From Trichosphaerium sp. ATCC 40318 (taxonomy: Eukaryota; Protista; Tubulinea), in the NCBI GenBank assembly GCA_038496445.1, contig JALMLS010000027.1, forward strand, positions 220,552 to 284,551: a DNA stretch of 64,000 bases, in the 5' to 3' direction. The position numbers were made by a program, and so were the translations under genes. Below, in pieces: positions 36,757-55,879 of the stretch (position 1 is the stretch's first letter; every line of letters begins with the position of its first letter). The notes beneath the pieces are model-generated. The model was not told where the DNA came from, searched no databases, and worked only from the letters and a program-made list of their open reading frames with translations.

Positions 36757-38455
36757 ATGCGTCTATTCTTTGTTGTAACGTTGCTAATAATCTCATGCGT
36801 TCTCATTGCTTCAGGTACGCTATACTTGCGTTAAATTGTAACAGTTATCGCCTAGGAAACGATAAACAGTCATGTCAAGACGAAAAATGCTCGTTAGCAA
36901 AAGTTAAGTAATCTCTGGCCTTAATACATGAATTCATTGTCAAACCATTTAAGAAATAACTAACAATGAGCACAGACGATAAGAAATACGTAGAAGTTTA
37001 CACTGGCGCAAAGTTTCCATCAGTAGGACTTGGAACATTTCTCAGCAAGCCTGGAGAGGTCTACCAAGCAGTTTTATGTGCGTAATTTAAACCACAGTAA
37101 GTGTTAATAGCGCCTAGGGGCAATTCAAGCGGGATATCGCCACATTGACGGCGCGTACTGGTACCAAAACGAGGACGAAGTCGGTAGAGCCATTAACAAG
37201 GTGCGGCGGCATTTTTAAAGACTGCTTTTTTACAAATTGTCGCACTAAAACGCCGTTTTTCCGCTTTGAACCTTAACCATTATATTTAGGCAATAGCCGA
37301 TGGTATTGTTAAAAGAAGCGATTTATGGGTGACATCCAAATTGTACGCTCGAATAAACCTTTATTCCTGCCTTTTACTTTACAGCGCTAATAAAACAATA
37401 GGCCTGGCACGCACCAAAAACCCAGTGAAGTTAGAAAGGCATTTGATAAGACTTTAAGCGATCTAGGATTAGAATACTTGGATTTGTGTACGTGGAGTAA
37501 AATTACAAGGCATTTTCTTTGTTCATTTCATACCCTTTTCATTTTGTGTTCGCGTTCGTTTGCTTTCGTCACGTGTTTATTTACCTGTTTAGATTTGATA
37601 CATTGGCCTATTGCTCTTGGTACTAACGACAAGGGAGAGAGAATCGCTACAGATGACCACTATATAGATACTTGGTTAGTCTTTTTTTTTATCTTTCTTA
37701 CTAACTGATAGTATTCAGGCCTGAAATGGAGAAGATTGCCGAGGCTGGACTTGCCAAGCATATTGGTTTAAGCAACTTTAACAAAGACCAAATCTTGGAG
37801 GTAATGGGTATCGCTAAAATTAAACCAGCAGTACTTCAGGTGAGTCCAAAAAAAACGAGAATTCTAAAGCAATTACTCTAACCTTTTTTTGTAGATTGAA
37901 CTTCATCCATACTTGAACCAAGATGAGTTCATTACATTTGTTAAGAGCCAAAAAATTGCTGTTACTGCTTACGCTCCTTTGGGAAACCCAGGATTATTCG
38001 ACGGCAGCCTTCTCACACACGAAAAAGTGGTGGCCATCGCTAAGAAATACAAAAAAACAGCTGCTCAAGTACGTTCCTTTTTTTTCACTGAAGCTCTGAC
38101 TTTGCTCCGAAGATCTGTATTCGCTTTGGTGTAGAAAGAGGTACGTATTTTACCAGCTTTATCCTTAGTGTTTACACCATATTAGGCTACACTGTAATTC
38201 CGAAGAGCGTAAAAGAACACCGTATTAAAGAAAACTTTGATGTTTACGATTTCAGCTTAACAGAAGATGAGATGAAGACACTCCTCGGTGTTAACAAGTA
38301 TGCATACTTTTGAAATCAGTTACAACTGTAACATTACTTACACGTTTCCTTTAAGGAATATGAGACTATACCCAAGCTCTTCAGTCCGTGATTTGTTTAT
38401 GTCAAGCAAATTCTTTCCTTTTGATGATATGAAACAAACAACAAAGGCAGAGTAA
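36757..38455 (+). CDS. Aldo-keto reductase (AKR1-like), with a possible upstream signal-peptide exon
   Basis: [78 protein letters not shown]. Catalytic D/Y/K/H present; alternative internal ATG at 36966. Confidence 0.93.
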
Positions 38456-38820
38456 CCTAACTAAACCAATTTTTGTATTTGGTTTTGTACTATCACGTGT
38501 GATAACTTTTCGTAATACCAAATAAACTAATACCTTCACTTCACACCTTTACATTAATTCTTTTGTTAATTCGCAATAACAAAAAGTAAGTTAGAACACT
38601 GTGCTAAGGCGAAGTGTGCAGTAGGTTAACATTCTTCGTTGATTAGTGACTAACCCGAAACTGCCTCTATCCGTGTATACAAAGCAGAGTGATACAATTA
38701 TGATACAAGGTGAACGCAGCAAAAGTTCAACGAGTCAAGGACACATATTCACGCACTTAAGCCAGACCTGCTAATATTAGTCACATATTTTACTACTTTC
38801 GGAGCGTTGTATTTGGTGGG

Positions 38821-40438
38821 ATGAATCAACTGACGATTTCAGGTTTGCGTTTAAAGCAATTTAGCTAAAATTAACGTTTAATTATTAATATGAAGTTATA
38901 GACCTTCCTATTGAGATTTTTGATCGTATATTGAGCGAATCAGCGGGTTTTTCTTCTAGTATAGCTGGCTTATTACCATTGAGGCTTGTGTCGCGTAAAT
39001 TTGAATGGGCAGTGTCAGCTACGCGCTTGTGGAAGGTAATTTAAGCTTTTACGCCCTTTGTGATGTTTAGACACAAAAAACCAATTCACGTAAAACATAC
39101 TTTGAAATAGCAATGTCATTCATCGTCCATTCTCGGGGTTGACACTTTTTTTTTTTGCAGGACTTTACAAACAAGTACGAATGGAAACATAAAATAACAT
39201 TTTGTGGCAGTGTCAGGCAAATGATTGGACATGATGGATTGGTAAAGACATGACAATAATACAAAAAATGTCAACACGTGAAACTAAGTTTGTTCTTTTT
39301 TCAAAATAGATTTATGTGCTAGTTCACGATAGCGAAGAAGATGTTGAAATTGCTAAAATACTAGTGATAGATATGGACAAATTGATTATTGTTAAAACAA
39401 TCGTTCTTGATAGAGTATATGCTAACATATTTCCACGTAATGATTTACATGATGATCGCTTACATTTGAGTACGAGTTTACTTCTTTCTCATTTTATTTA
39501 TTGTTGCTTTAGTTGGTATATGCTTTGTTCGCACTCCTCGCGAATGCCATTTTTATAATATCAACGTGGATACTGGAAAGGAGGAAATTTATATCCAGAG
39601 TCCCATAAGATATCCTGTAAAAGTACAATGACATTTTTTGTTTTATTCTTTGTTTTTACAAACTGTATAAATCATTCTAAAACTCTGCGTAGTTCGCATG
39701 TATGTGTAAATCAACAGGCTGTATTACAGTACACTATAAAATCCCCCGCTATAGGGGCTATAAGTACACTGTAGATACAGTACAAGTATACAATCGAGTT
39801 GCCGGATTTCGCTTGCATCCGGACAGCAAAGTTGTTGGTATTGGGTGTCAAAATCAAGGTGTAAAAGTTATATTTTCTACTGAAACTCTTATCGAAGAAC
39901 CCCTCAGACTGGTGAGCCCATATGAAAGTTAGATTCCTTTCACTAAATGAGACAACCTGCTTTTGTATTATTTACTTATCACTAGAGTGTTCATCCTGAA
40001 GAAGCTTCAGGTGGGATAGTGTCACCTGATGATGATGTCATAGTATTTTATAAAGATGGGAAAAAAATATCAAAGTTATACTCTAACTTTAAGAAGGTTC
40101 ATAATTTGTTTTTTTGTTCCTCTTTTTATTTGAAATTGCATATTTAGTCGTCTTACTTTTTGAGTTTGTAGTATGTAACAATACTGGTTGGGCAAAGTGC
40201 AGACGGTTTTAAAGGAACGTATAGAGCAGCTACAATTTTAAAAAATAGCTTGTATGCTTGTTATGAGGAATCAAAAGGATACAAGATAGAAGGAAAAATG
40301 AAGAATACAGCACATATTTATAAAATGGAAGCCGTTGGTAGCTTTTACGACGCTGCTACTGAAGATGCACTAAAACAACACAAACAAGAAAATGAAGTGC
40401 TTTCAAATTTGTTTGGAGGTGATAGTGACGAGTATTAA
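38821..40438 (+). CDS. F-box protein with beta-rich C-terminal region
   Basis: Spliced start MNQLTISDLPIEIFDRIL...LRLVSRKFEWAV...LWK (F-box); several downstream exons; stop at 40438. Confidence 0.75.
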
Positions 40439-40620
40439 TAAACAATACAAATGTAAAGTGTTAAACTATCCACTGCTTTTTTAGCTTTATCTAATTTCTT
40501 GAAAAAACACCGCTTATGGCATAGCAATGCGCATTTTTTTGTTGGGTTTGTTAATTTATGACTTGAATCGATTTGTGGAGATTATGTTTTATTGATGTTG
40601 ACTTTCTATTTGATTGTTTC

Positions 40621-42656
40621 CTACCCGATAGGAGGAATATTAACGCACTTGTCTTTGCAATTACAGTCTTCAGTACACTTTTCAAATGGTAATACGTTTG
40701 GTATAATTGATACATCAGTAGTTAATACAAATTGCTTTCCATCAATAATGAAATGCATTTCAATAAATGAAGCTCTATACCCTGAACATGGTTTAGCTTT
40801 CTGGTTTTTTTTTTCTTCGTACCTTGCACTGGATAAGAAGGGTTTGCGATGTATCTTCCATTCCGCCTTTGTATTTCAACACTCTTGTACTCTGTTGGAG
40901 CTACACCGAATCTGAAATCACGTGATACTTCATTGTAAGCAGACCACAAAAGAACTTTCTAAGAAGTATGCTAAGCATGGCACTCTGGTGAATAAACGTA
41001 CTTCTGGGACCATGTCTGATCTTGCACAAATACGTCCTGTTCGTTTATTTGTGCGCCATACCATTCTAGGCAATTGTATATTGTTAACTAGTGCATTAAA
41101 CCATGCACCTAAACCTTCACGAATACTCAAGCTACACCAACTTAGTGGAGATTTGTTTACAGAAATTGGTACAGTTATTTAGCTTACAGTGCAGTTATAT
41201 CGTTTCCCGGAAGGAGCAATGAATGACCTATATTAGGTACGTATCTGAGAGATTTTTTTCCATTCAGTCTGTTGTAGTAGAACTGGCTACTGTCTGGTAC
41301 AAAAAACCTGTTGCGAGCATATTAGAATTTGTACATGTAGCGACTGTTGATTACGTACTCGTCTCTTGCAGCGTTGATAATATACTTTGGTAGCTCAAAT
41401 TCTTCTCTTGTGTGAAATGAGAATGGGTCAACAAGATCACCAAGGTTGTGGTTCTGTTCAGAGTAAGTGCAAGAAGAAAAAATCAAGATTTTACATTACC
41501 TCTGGCGTATTGATCCAGCCGGTGTATCCTATGTCAACATAGTCTCTAATAGCAAAGCTCCAAAATCCATATGTCTAATAGTTGTATTAGCTATAAACCA
41601 ACACCAACGTGATGAAGAGAAATCGATACAATACCAACCTGAAAATGGTGATTAAGAGATGGAACCAAGTTCAGCACATCTATGACAATCGGTGCTATAC
41701 CCACTACACGCTTGTCTATTGGCGTCAACCAAGCAGTCCTAAACAAAATATATTGTTACTAATAACAACTACATCGTGTACGCACCATCCTTTCTTCGAA
41801 CCACCTGCTACAACAAACTTTTCTACAGTTAGAGGCTCTGGCGTAGATTCACTTTGCACAAACTCTTGAATTGCATCCATTGCTTTAATGGCTGCTTTAA
41901 CCATAGGGAAGCGAGCAAGCTGCAAAACAAATTAGAAGAAGGAGCTATCATCAAACTCACTCTTGTTGCATTTTGTGTGTTCAAGAAATCCCACCACGTG
42001 AAAGCTACCATAGCGTCTATAGCACGTATTACTATTACAAACAAAAGGTGTCGTCAATACCTTCTATACGAGGTGTAGGTCCTGTTGGATCATCACGAAA
42101 TATAAGTGGCTGATTAGGTATTTGGAAAACAGTTGCGTAAATTGCACCAGAAAGCAAAATTGGTACTGAAAAAAATTCGAGCCTTGATTAAACTCATCAG
42201 TGAATATATTTCTCGTGGGTCTGTACGTATTAGGTGGATTGTCGAGAGGAATTTCTCTTCCTTCAATGTACATGAAAGCAGTATCGTGTTTGACTTCATC
42301 TGGCATAATTCTAAAGAACAAGGTAATCAGTTTTACAAAGCAAGTCCACGCTTACATTAAGAGCCAATGTTGCCAAACGTTTGAAGATACTTCATCACTT
42401 GAAAGCCATGTTTGTGACGTTAGTTTAAGAACATGTCCTGTATACCCAGGACCTTGAAAACTAGAATTCTTCTCCCACTTGTAACTTAATAAAAAGCACC
42501 TGGTTAGTACTGTTCCTTTTGAAAACAATTCTATTGATACCTTGCATCTGGGGCGTATACGTAATCCTCTAGTGGTGTCGATGCATAACAATAGTACACC
42601 ACACTGAATAGAATAAGTAGTGAAGCAGCACCCCAGCTACGTTTGCTTTTAACCAT
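40621..42656 (-). CDS. PqaA / PhoPQ-activated pathogenicity-related family alpha/beta hydrolase (Dictyostelium AprA-like), secreted
   Basis: Signal then TPLEDYVYAPD; LKLTSQTWL..WQHWL; QIPNQP; DAMVAFTW; ARFPMVKAAIKAMDAIQEF; FVVAGGSKKGW; DKRVVGIAPIVID; PKYIINAARDEFFVPD; YVPNIGHS. Confidence 0.88.
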
Positions 42657-43435
42657 TTGGTACTACGAATAAATATTGGTTGCGCGTGTGAGTGACACGC
42701 GTAGCACAGTTTTATAAAATTTACTTTCCCGGAGAAAACATTTCCCCACGTCCGGGCAACCTACTGTAATGTACTTTCCTGTACTCGTACTTAACCATGT
42801 AACGATCCTTAATAACATCAGTTGATACCGCTAAACTAATTGCCGTTCATCTGTATTACACTACTATCAAAGCTACTCGTTAACCAAACACGTAGTACTA
42901 CCAATATTGCGCTGATAACCAGAAGACGATTGATTTTATGGAAAAATGTTTAAAAGCCATTCTCACTGGCAATAGTTTGCGAAAGATTCCATTCGTTAGA
43001 ACACTGGTCTCTGCTAATAAGTATCTTCAGTTTTTCCTAGGAAAGGGTTCAACAGGATGCATAGTGAAACATATTAAAGCCAAAAGCCAAGCTCAAACAA
43101 ATGGATTTAGATTGTGCTAGTAATACAAAAACGGACAAATTTGTCCTTGTCCGGAGTACATACAATCAAGCTCTCAAATACACTAAAATTACATATGAGG
43201 GTGTCAAAGCATAGGCTGGTGTTCAGTCATACACAAAAGTGATACATGCAAGCGTCAATGGCAAAAGTCGAACTGTGGCCGTACAATTTTGGTATCTTGG
43301 ATGTGATTGTCTAACATCCAAAGGGTAAAAAATTAGCGTGGTACAATTCGCAGCCATTAGATTTAAAACAAACCCACATGTAAATCATCTATCAATAAAT
43401 CTATCTTTTCAGATTTTCTTCTATTACATACTACA

Positions 43436-45963
43436 CTAAACATTGTATAGAGCTATTCTGTGGTGTATTGTACACAAAAGATTTTTGACAATATCATCTT
43501 GTTTATTGCTTACTTGCTCTAAAAACTTTTTCATCTATTTGTTTTTGAGTTAGAAACAAGATTTTCGGCTTACACTTACCTTTGGCATAATTGCCACCCA
43601 AGATTTCCGATCAAGTGCCATAGGAATCTTTGCCATTATTGCCAACCCAAAAAGCACAGCTGATTTATCAGAAAGATTAAAGAAAGCTTCAAAATCAGCT
43701 GCCTGAGCTTCAAGCTCATCAAAGTAAACTAGTCACAAAAAATTAACCTTAGTCAGAATTCCTCATCAGAAAAAACGCTGTACCTGTATCATCATCCGTG
43801 TTCTTAATATCCAATGCAACTTTAGTAAGTTGAGATGAAACTTCTGTTGACAACGGCTCTAAAAACACAAGGCATATTAGATAAAGATGATAATCAATCG
43901 TTCTTTCTTTATACCATGGAAAGACAATTTAGCAAATGCCATACATAGCGCCTGTACAGCAGTTTTATCTGATTTGTCATTGGAAAGGAATTCAGTGAGT
44001 TTATTTAAGTGTGGAGCTACTACAAACGCAACTAAAACAATGTTAAACTTGCCACCCCAAAAAAAAAAAAAGTACACTCTTTCTCACTAGCCATATTCGC
44101 CAAAGCGTTCATTGGGTTCAACTCTCTACTTGGCTCTAGAAAGTGGATAAAAATTAGATATACAATTGTTAAACATCATATGGAGTACCACCTAATGCTG
44201 CATCTATGATTATTTTGAACACATCCAACCGCTAAAAACCAATGTAAGCAAATGTTTAGTCTTTGAAACCCACAAAAAGTTGTTGCTTGTTATAATACTA
44301 GATTTGCCTGTGGGGTAGGGCACATGTAGTTAGTATATACCTATTGGAGTTTTGCAAATAATTGAGAATGTAGGGTAGAAAAGGTAAAAGCAACAAACCC
44401 AAGAAGTTCGCTGAAAAAAAAAAAAGGAAAGAGCATAAAAAGATTGTCGTACTTTAAGAACAACCTGTCGCATCTCAGGCACATCACACATATAATTAGA
44501 TAAACAATTAATCAATAATACACCACTATACTTTGGACAAAGCACAATCTCATCCAACACCTTTCCACGAAGTGTTGAATCATGAATCCAAGAAGCATTT
44601 ATCAGCGCGCCACTCGCAGATGGTTGTTTCAGTACGTGGCAAAGGCTGCGATGCGTATCATTACAGTTTCTATACTTTGGCATCATATTTATAATAATCT
44701 TCCACGTATCCCTCCTATTCATCATATCAGTTGCGCTCCCTGAAAACACCAAATCAGAACTCTCTCCAAAACGGGGGAAAAAAAAATAAAAAGAAGAAAA
44801 TTGAGGTCATACATGCAACTTCCCCTAAAGCACCAACAACCCAAGGCAATTGCTGTTCTATAGACTTAAGTTTTATAAAGAAAATCAAGGTGTCTAATAT
44901 TTCGACAGATATACGCCTATGCGTTATCATATCCTTCTCAATTTCTTCATCAAGACCACGCAAAAAATTACCAACCCAGTATGATACCCTGGCTAAAAAG
45001 TTCCCTTGAACATGAGTTAAGGTACCATTAACTTCCACACCATTAACACGCTTGATTATGGCAGCCAATTCTGTTAAGCGAGTAATTATCTTCGATACAA
45101 AGTCAGCAGTGCATCGGCTACATCTACTAATTATGATTGCAGAAATAAGCAGTTCGAAATCAATTGATTTCGAATCAGCCTGTTCTATCATTTCCTCCGC
45201 AAGTTCAAATAACCCAAGATTGTTATAAGTTGTGGGGTCTAACCCTACAACAAGTGTATTAACAACTGATAAACACTTGGGTCTTCACAAAACTGGCAAC
45301 AGGTTGTTTTGAAAACAATCGAGCTTTTTATGAACTCGCGTGTTTTATGGTGAATGAGAAGCAATAAAAGGAGTTGTGGTCATAAACAACGTACGGACTA
45401 ACGGGAAGATATCTGCTAGTAGCCTACAACAAGAAGAGTAGTCATTCACATTTTTTTCGGCTTTGAAATGTCTGATTCTTTTAATGAGCTCCTCAAGAAC
45501 TTGTGGGTCACAATAAAGAGCTGTAGACGTTTTTTTATGGTCGTTGAATGAAACAAAGAAAGCCATGTTCTAAGTTATGTAAATAAATAGCGCAAGAGAC
45601 GTTGTGTTTAGTACGAAATTGTGCCAAAAAAAACCGCAAAAAAAACAAAAGAAAAACAGTCACCCACCGTTTTGTAGTCTTTTATAAGACTTTTCAACAC
45701 TCCAAACTGTCCAATACTACCTCCAAAGATATTGAAAGAACTTATAAACTTGTAATCATCAGGGAACAGACTCTGACCGCTGTTAATGCGGCATGAAATA
45801 AAACTTAATGCAATATTTGCTATCAAGCTTTGTTGAACATGACAATGTGGTAGCTATCAACAAAAGTTACACCCAATCACCGCACACTCATGGTACGTAC
45901 CAGCATAGTAAGGGCGAAGGATGAGTTATAAAAAGTATCTCCTTTCTGAACGTTTCGCTCCAT
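43436..45963 (-). CDS. Hypothetical alpha-helical (ARM/HEAT-like) repeat protein
   Basis: Multiple long minus-strand exons with amphipathic helical pattern (e.g. LPWVVGALGEVA, AVQALCMAFAKLSFH) and canonical splice sites; both ends approximate. Confidence 0.6.
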
Positions 45964-46471
45964 AACGCGTGAGAATAGAGCTGCTTCTTGGCTTAACCGA
46001 TTTTTATACATGCTAAGCCACTCACTGAATTTGACAGTTAATACACTTGAATATTTTGCTTAGTTACCCCGTTTCCGCGTCTGGGAACTGTAATTGTAGC
46101 TCAGCAGGGTCTAAGAACCAGTTTCGAGCGTAAAAATTACGATAAAATGGTAATTGTTCTGAAGCGCAGATTGAAGCGAACCTTGGGGATAATTACGCAT
46201 AGAACTATGATTTTTTTGTTGCGTACAAGCAGCATGTACGTGACAACGTACAAAAATCTGTAATGGCGTCAACTTGAACAAATATATGTACAATAAGCTC
46301 TTCTGGAAGGGTGCAAAACATTTCGGTTTGTACATCAGTTACTGTGCTAGTCTTTGGCCTCTTCGCAAAGCTTGCCATGTCTAACTACGTTTTATCTGAG
46401 TGTTTGCGGCATTGGCTGAATTTTCATTTGCTGGACTTAATACAGAAAATTCGTTAAGGAGTCACCACAGT

Positions 46472-48820
46472 TTATTTCTGGACGTAGTATTTTATAGATT
46501 TTATACGCATAGGTGATCCAGGTACATTGCCAAAATTCTTTTTCCAGTGGCCTTCCTGACCAACGTTTCTAGGCCATGTTCCGCCAACTTGTACGTTCAA
46601 TGCAATATTCCAATTTTGAGTGGTAGAGAATGGTGCATACGGAACTACATTGAAGCTAAGAAAGTGGTGCTGGACTAGAACATAATAGAAAAAACAGCCT
46701 GTACCTCCTTTAGCTAATGGACTATTAGACCACCATCCTATGCCTGGTTCTTTCGCTCCTTCAACTTTACAATAATTATACGAAGACTTTGGACCCTTAC
46801 CTAAAAAACAACAAAAAATAAATCACGTGACCTCGTTATTCTCAATAAATTCTTTATCTTACCATCTTGTGGACAGTGTGAGGTATCATATCCAGGAGGT
46901 GGATTTAAACAATGGACATCTTCACGTGGAAAGACGTTTGAATGGCTCCAGTCTCCTAGTTCTTTGGTTAAAAATACCAAAGAAAATAGATGTCAACCAA
47001 CAAGGTGGCTAAACTAACCTATCATGCTACATAATAATGGTTCATACAAGTGATCTATTGTTCCGTTCATCATAGTACTTTAAAAAAAAGTTAAAAATCA
47101 TACTAGCAACGAACAAAGGTACCCGTTCGTAAAAAATTTTGGCACAATGCCAAGACCTTTTGGATTATCTTTTGATACCGTCCCTTCATGTATACCTTCA
47201 GTAGATTGTTCAACGTTTCCTTGAATAGGATAGTATCCTTGATAACCTACAAGTATCCATTACGAATATTAACGAATATTGTTCACGTGCCGTAAGATTC
47301 TTTTCCGTCCCAACCTTTGTAAAGTGTCAAAGGTGGACTGTTCCCAGCAGAACCAGGCCAGAATGGAGTCGTAGAGAAAGATATAGTTCCACTACCATCA
47401 CCAAGAACACTACCAGTGGGTGTAGGTCTTTCAGTTCCAAAACGATTCACCATAACATCCATTTGATCGGACGGAGTAAAATCACCGTTTTCATCAATAG
47501 GGTTTCCATCTTTAGCGATCCACCTTCTGGTCAGTTAGTATTTTCAATCAAAGAAACAACTACTTGCCATGTGAATACAGGTCCCTTTTCTTCATCTACA
47601 TTCCACTGGAAGCATAACGTTCCAAGGAAGCCGTCAGGTGCTAATGGATTATTTCCAGATTTTCTTAGAGCAAGAACATTTCCAAGGAGATCTGTAGTGT
47701 TGTAAGCCGAGCCTTTTTTTGCAGAGCTGTTCGTTTTTACAGCTCGATTTGGCCATCCATAATATTCGTCTCCACATGAATAGTGGAGGGTTCCCTAACG
47801 CAAGTCACTATGTCTCCACAAGGTATGCTCCGAGTAGTATATTACGTACATATATTTGAGGCTCATTCCCAATTGTTTCAAGAATGTCAATCTTAGAAAA
47901 GAGTAAGAAAAAAAAGAAACAACGATTAAGTAGGTAAGTTGTACCTCTCCGTTGTTAGGCCATACATCATAGTCTCCACCCACAGGTGTATTTTTTCCTC
48001 CAAATATTGGGTTCGTAACTGGATCGAGCCAAATAGCAGGCCACAAAGGCTTTTGACTAAATCTTTTTAAGTTGGAGTATAGCTGTTTAAAGGCTCACCG
48101 TGGTATCCAAACGTCTTCAAAAACAAACAACCCTCCTTTGTCGTTGATATTAAAAGTCTCTTTGGAGTAAATAGCGGAAGAATGCCATCCCTATACGAAG
48201 GGAGTGAGAAAAAACTTTCTTTTGTAAGTAGCTTTAGCGTACTTCTTGACACCACCACGGAAAGTACTTATTCTCCAAAGTTGCGTTATTACACGAACAC
48301 AATGTGCCGTCGACTTTCTTTTCACCGCATTGCACAGCCTTACAATTTGCAGTACCATTCACGTGAAGAGGGCACGTAGTCTTCATTACCAAGTACCTAA
48401 AAGAGATGTTAGTTTTTACTGCAAAAACAGAAGTGACTGCACGCGTAGTACGGCAAAATTCTATTCGAACATGAGGTTCAAAGGGAGAAACAGTTCAAGT
48501 GATGTTCAAAAGAAAAAGGAAAGTCTGAGTGACTTTTCTCCTCGTACCCTTCTGAATCGATAAATAGGGTAGGATCGCCGGGTACTGTACTACTAAGAGC
48601 TCCAGGGAAGCCATTGTTCTAAAATTATAAATAAAACGACTGCTAAGGACCCTAAACGCACTGTATCTGTTCGTTGTATGTTGAAGAAAGAGTATATTTT
48701 AGATGCACCGTTATCTTTCACGTGATCTTGAGGTGTCCCTTCAAAACTTGATTGTAAGGTCCACGTGCAGATAACTAGAGTAATATACGATGTAATCAAT
48801 AAAGAAAGCAGGAAACGCAT
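46472..48820 (-). CDS. Secreted glycoside hydrolase family 16 (beta-1,3-glucanase-like) with long insertions
   Basis: Signal peptide; YTFRGGVKKYAK; LWPAIWLDP; WPNNGE|IDILETIG (ExDxxE catalytic motif split by an intron); APFSTTQNWNIALNVQVGGTWP. Confidence 0.88.
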
Positions 48821-49230
48821 TTTTGCTACTTGTACTCACTAAATGATAGTTCAACGGTGCTTAACTACAAATACTTCTCAAATTTCTGGGACGTATGTAT
48901 GCTTGCATGACACTCAGTTTGTAGACATTACTGTCCAGTGGCACACATTCACCGAACTCAGCAGTAACCTAACTTAATATTGGCGTGTAATCACATCATT
49001 CTCGATTGGTTGTACACCTATCATGAGCGTTTAGCAATGATAGAAGTACAGAAAAAGTGACGATTTTTTCGAAACAGAGAAAGAATTATATCACGTTTTT
49101 CTGGTGCTTTGTACATTTCAGCCTCTTTTCATGATAGTCGTACTCTCTTATGTATCCACTGCAACTGTCCGCAGTGCTTAACAAGCCTTCCTAGAATTTG
49201 GCAAAAACCGCGCAAAGCTAAAAAGCTAAA

Positions 49231-50289
49231 ATGACAACACCAAAGAAGCACCTCACGTCCATTGAGGGCGACGAAATACAGCTCACTGATGATGCCGTGC
49301 TTGTTATAGCAGAATGGTTGCCTTTCAAGACATTAAACAGTGTCATGCTAATTTCGAAGCGATTCATGTCTCTTTTGGCCGATAACCTTACGTGGAAGCG
49401 TGCATACATAAGAAAATACAAATGTACATCGCCAATACCGGATGATAAAGAGATTACGATAGATTGGCGTGTATTGGCTATGGGTCGCTCCTCTATGTTC
49501 TTTCCAAGTACAACCAACATTTCTGAGCGGGTCTTGGCACTTGACAGCTCACAGAACATGAAAAGCGACATAGCGGCCATACAAAGGTTATTGGGAAGGT
49601 TACAAGCGTCATCCGTGTTCAAAAAGACTGTTGAAGAACTTGAAGGCACAGTAGAACAACTCTTTTCTGCTACTGTATTTACCGCTGTTACATACGAGAC
49701 AACGCTTGCAGATTACTTTGTAAGCGATTCGCGATCTATAAAGGTACCAAGCAACTTCAAAACTTACAGTTTTTGCTCAAAAGTGTTTCGGCTTTTTTTC
49801 TTGTCGTTTTGAACAAAACCTCTTATTATGTTGTAGTGGACTCTTTACTCTCTTGCTACTGGTCTTCCTGTAAAGTTTGCATACTCCCATTACAAGAGTG
49901 GTGATAAAGAAAAAGCAGAAGGAGAACATGAGATACAATACGAAATCCATGGAGAAAAAATGAAGTCGTTGTTTCCTCAAATTCCTCGCCAAACTCCATC
50001 TTTCAGGTTCCGTAAAAATACAGATGACAGTCAAGCGGAAAAGGATAAACAAAAAAAAATAAAGGACAACCTTGAGAATACAGTAATACCACTGGTTTCT
50101 TTTATTTTTGGTGGCGATGGAAAGGATGAAGATCAAAGATCTGATTTGGCTAGTTATATTTATTCATGTTGTTTTGCTCACTATCCAAAATCAAGATATT
50201 TTAGAGGAGCTTCTCCTCCTTCTGATTGGAACGGGTTATATGAAGCTATAGATGAGGCTTCTATGTATTGGTCTATATGCTCTATGTAG
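49231..50289 (+). CDS. F-box protein
   Basis: LTDDAVLVIAEWLPFKTLNSVMLISKRFMSLLADNLTWKRAY is F-box-like; one intron ~49744-49836 joins the two ORFs in frame. Confidence 0.75.
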
Positions 50290-50837
50290 TTTTAAACGAA
50301 GAATAAAAAAATCCAAAATACTTTCACCCTTTTTGGCTGGCGATTTAGTTTGTACCACATTTAGGCCAAACCTGTCCCAACTATTTTATTTCTAACACCT
50401 TCACCGAGGTGTTTTGCCGACAAAATAATTTGGTTGATTTTTGTAGTTTACCAAACAAAAAACAAGAGTAGTAAACATTTGCCAACACTTATATTGTCAT
50501 TATTCTAAACCAACAGGCACCTCAAATGCTCCAGTCAAGGCTTTTGAATGTTCCTTGTCATTTCTTCCATGACCATGATTCAAACTCAAAAATATACAGC
50601 GGCGTATTCTGTAGCAAGGGCTACCGGAGTAAGCCATTTCCGAAAAAGAATTGTTGTCTGTAGTTAAGTCCGTGCAATGTTGGTTGCGGATTTGGCAGCT
50701 CGCTTCTCTTGCAAGCAGAATCGTTAGCGTCATAAGATGTATTTAATTCACAAGCAATGTGGAAACTAACTTAGTTTTTTTTTTTATAACATCAAAGGTT
50801 TTTATTACTACACAAAAGTACAGGGTCATATCATGAA

Positions 50838-55879
<5,042 letters not shown>

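Noticed and set aside
46095-46135. gtagctcag A-box-like start
   Set aside because: No downstream T-arm or cloverleaf.
50500-50733. 77-aa minus ORF downstream of PI3K
   Set aside because: No recognisable homology; cannot support it as a gene.
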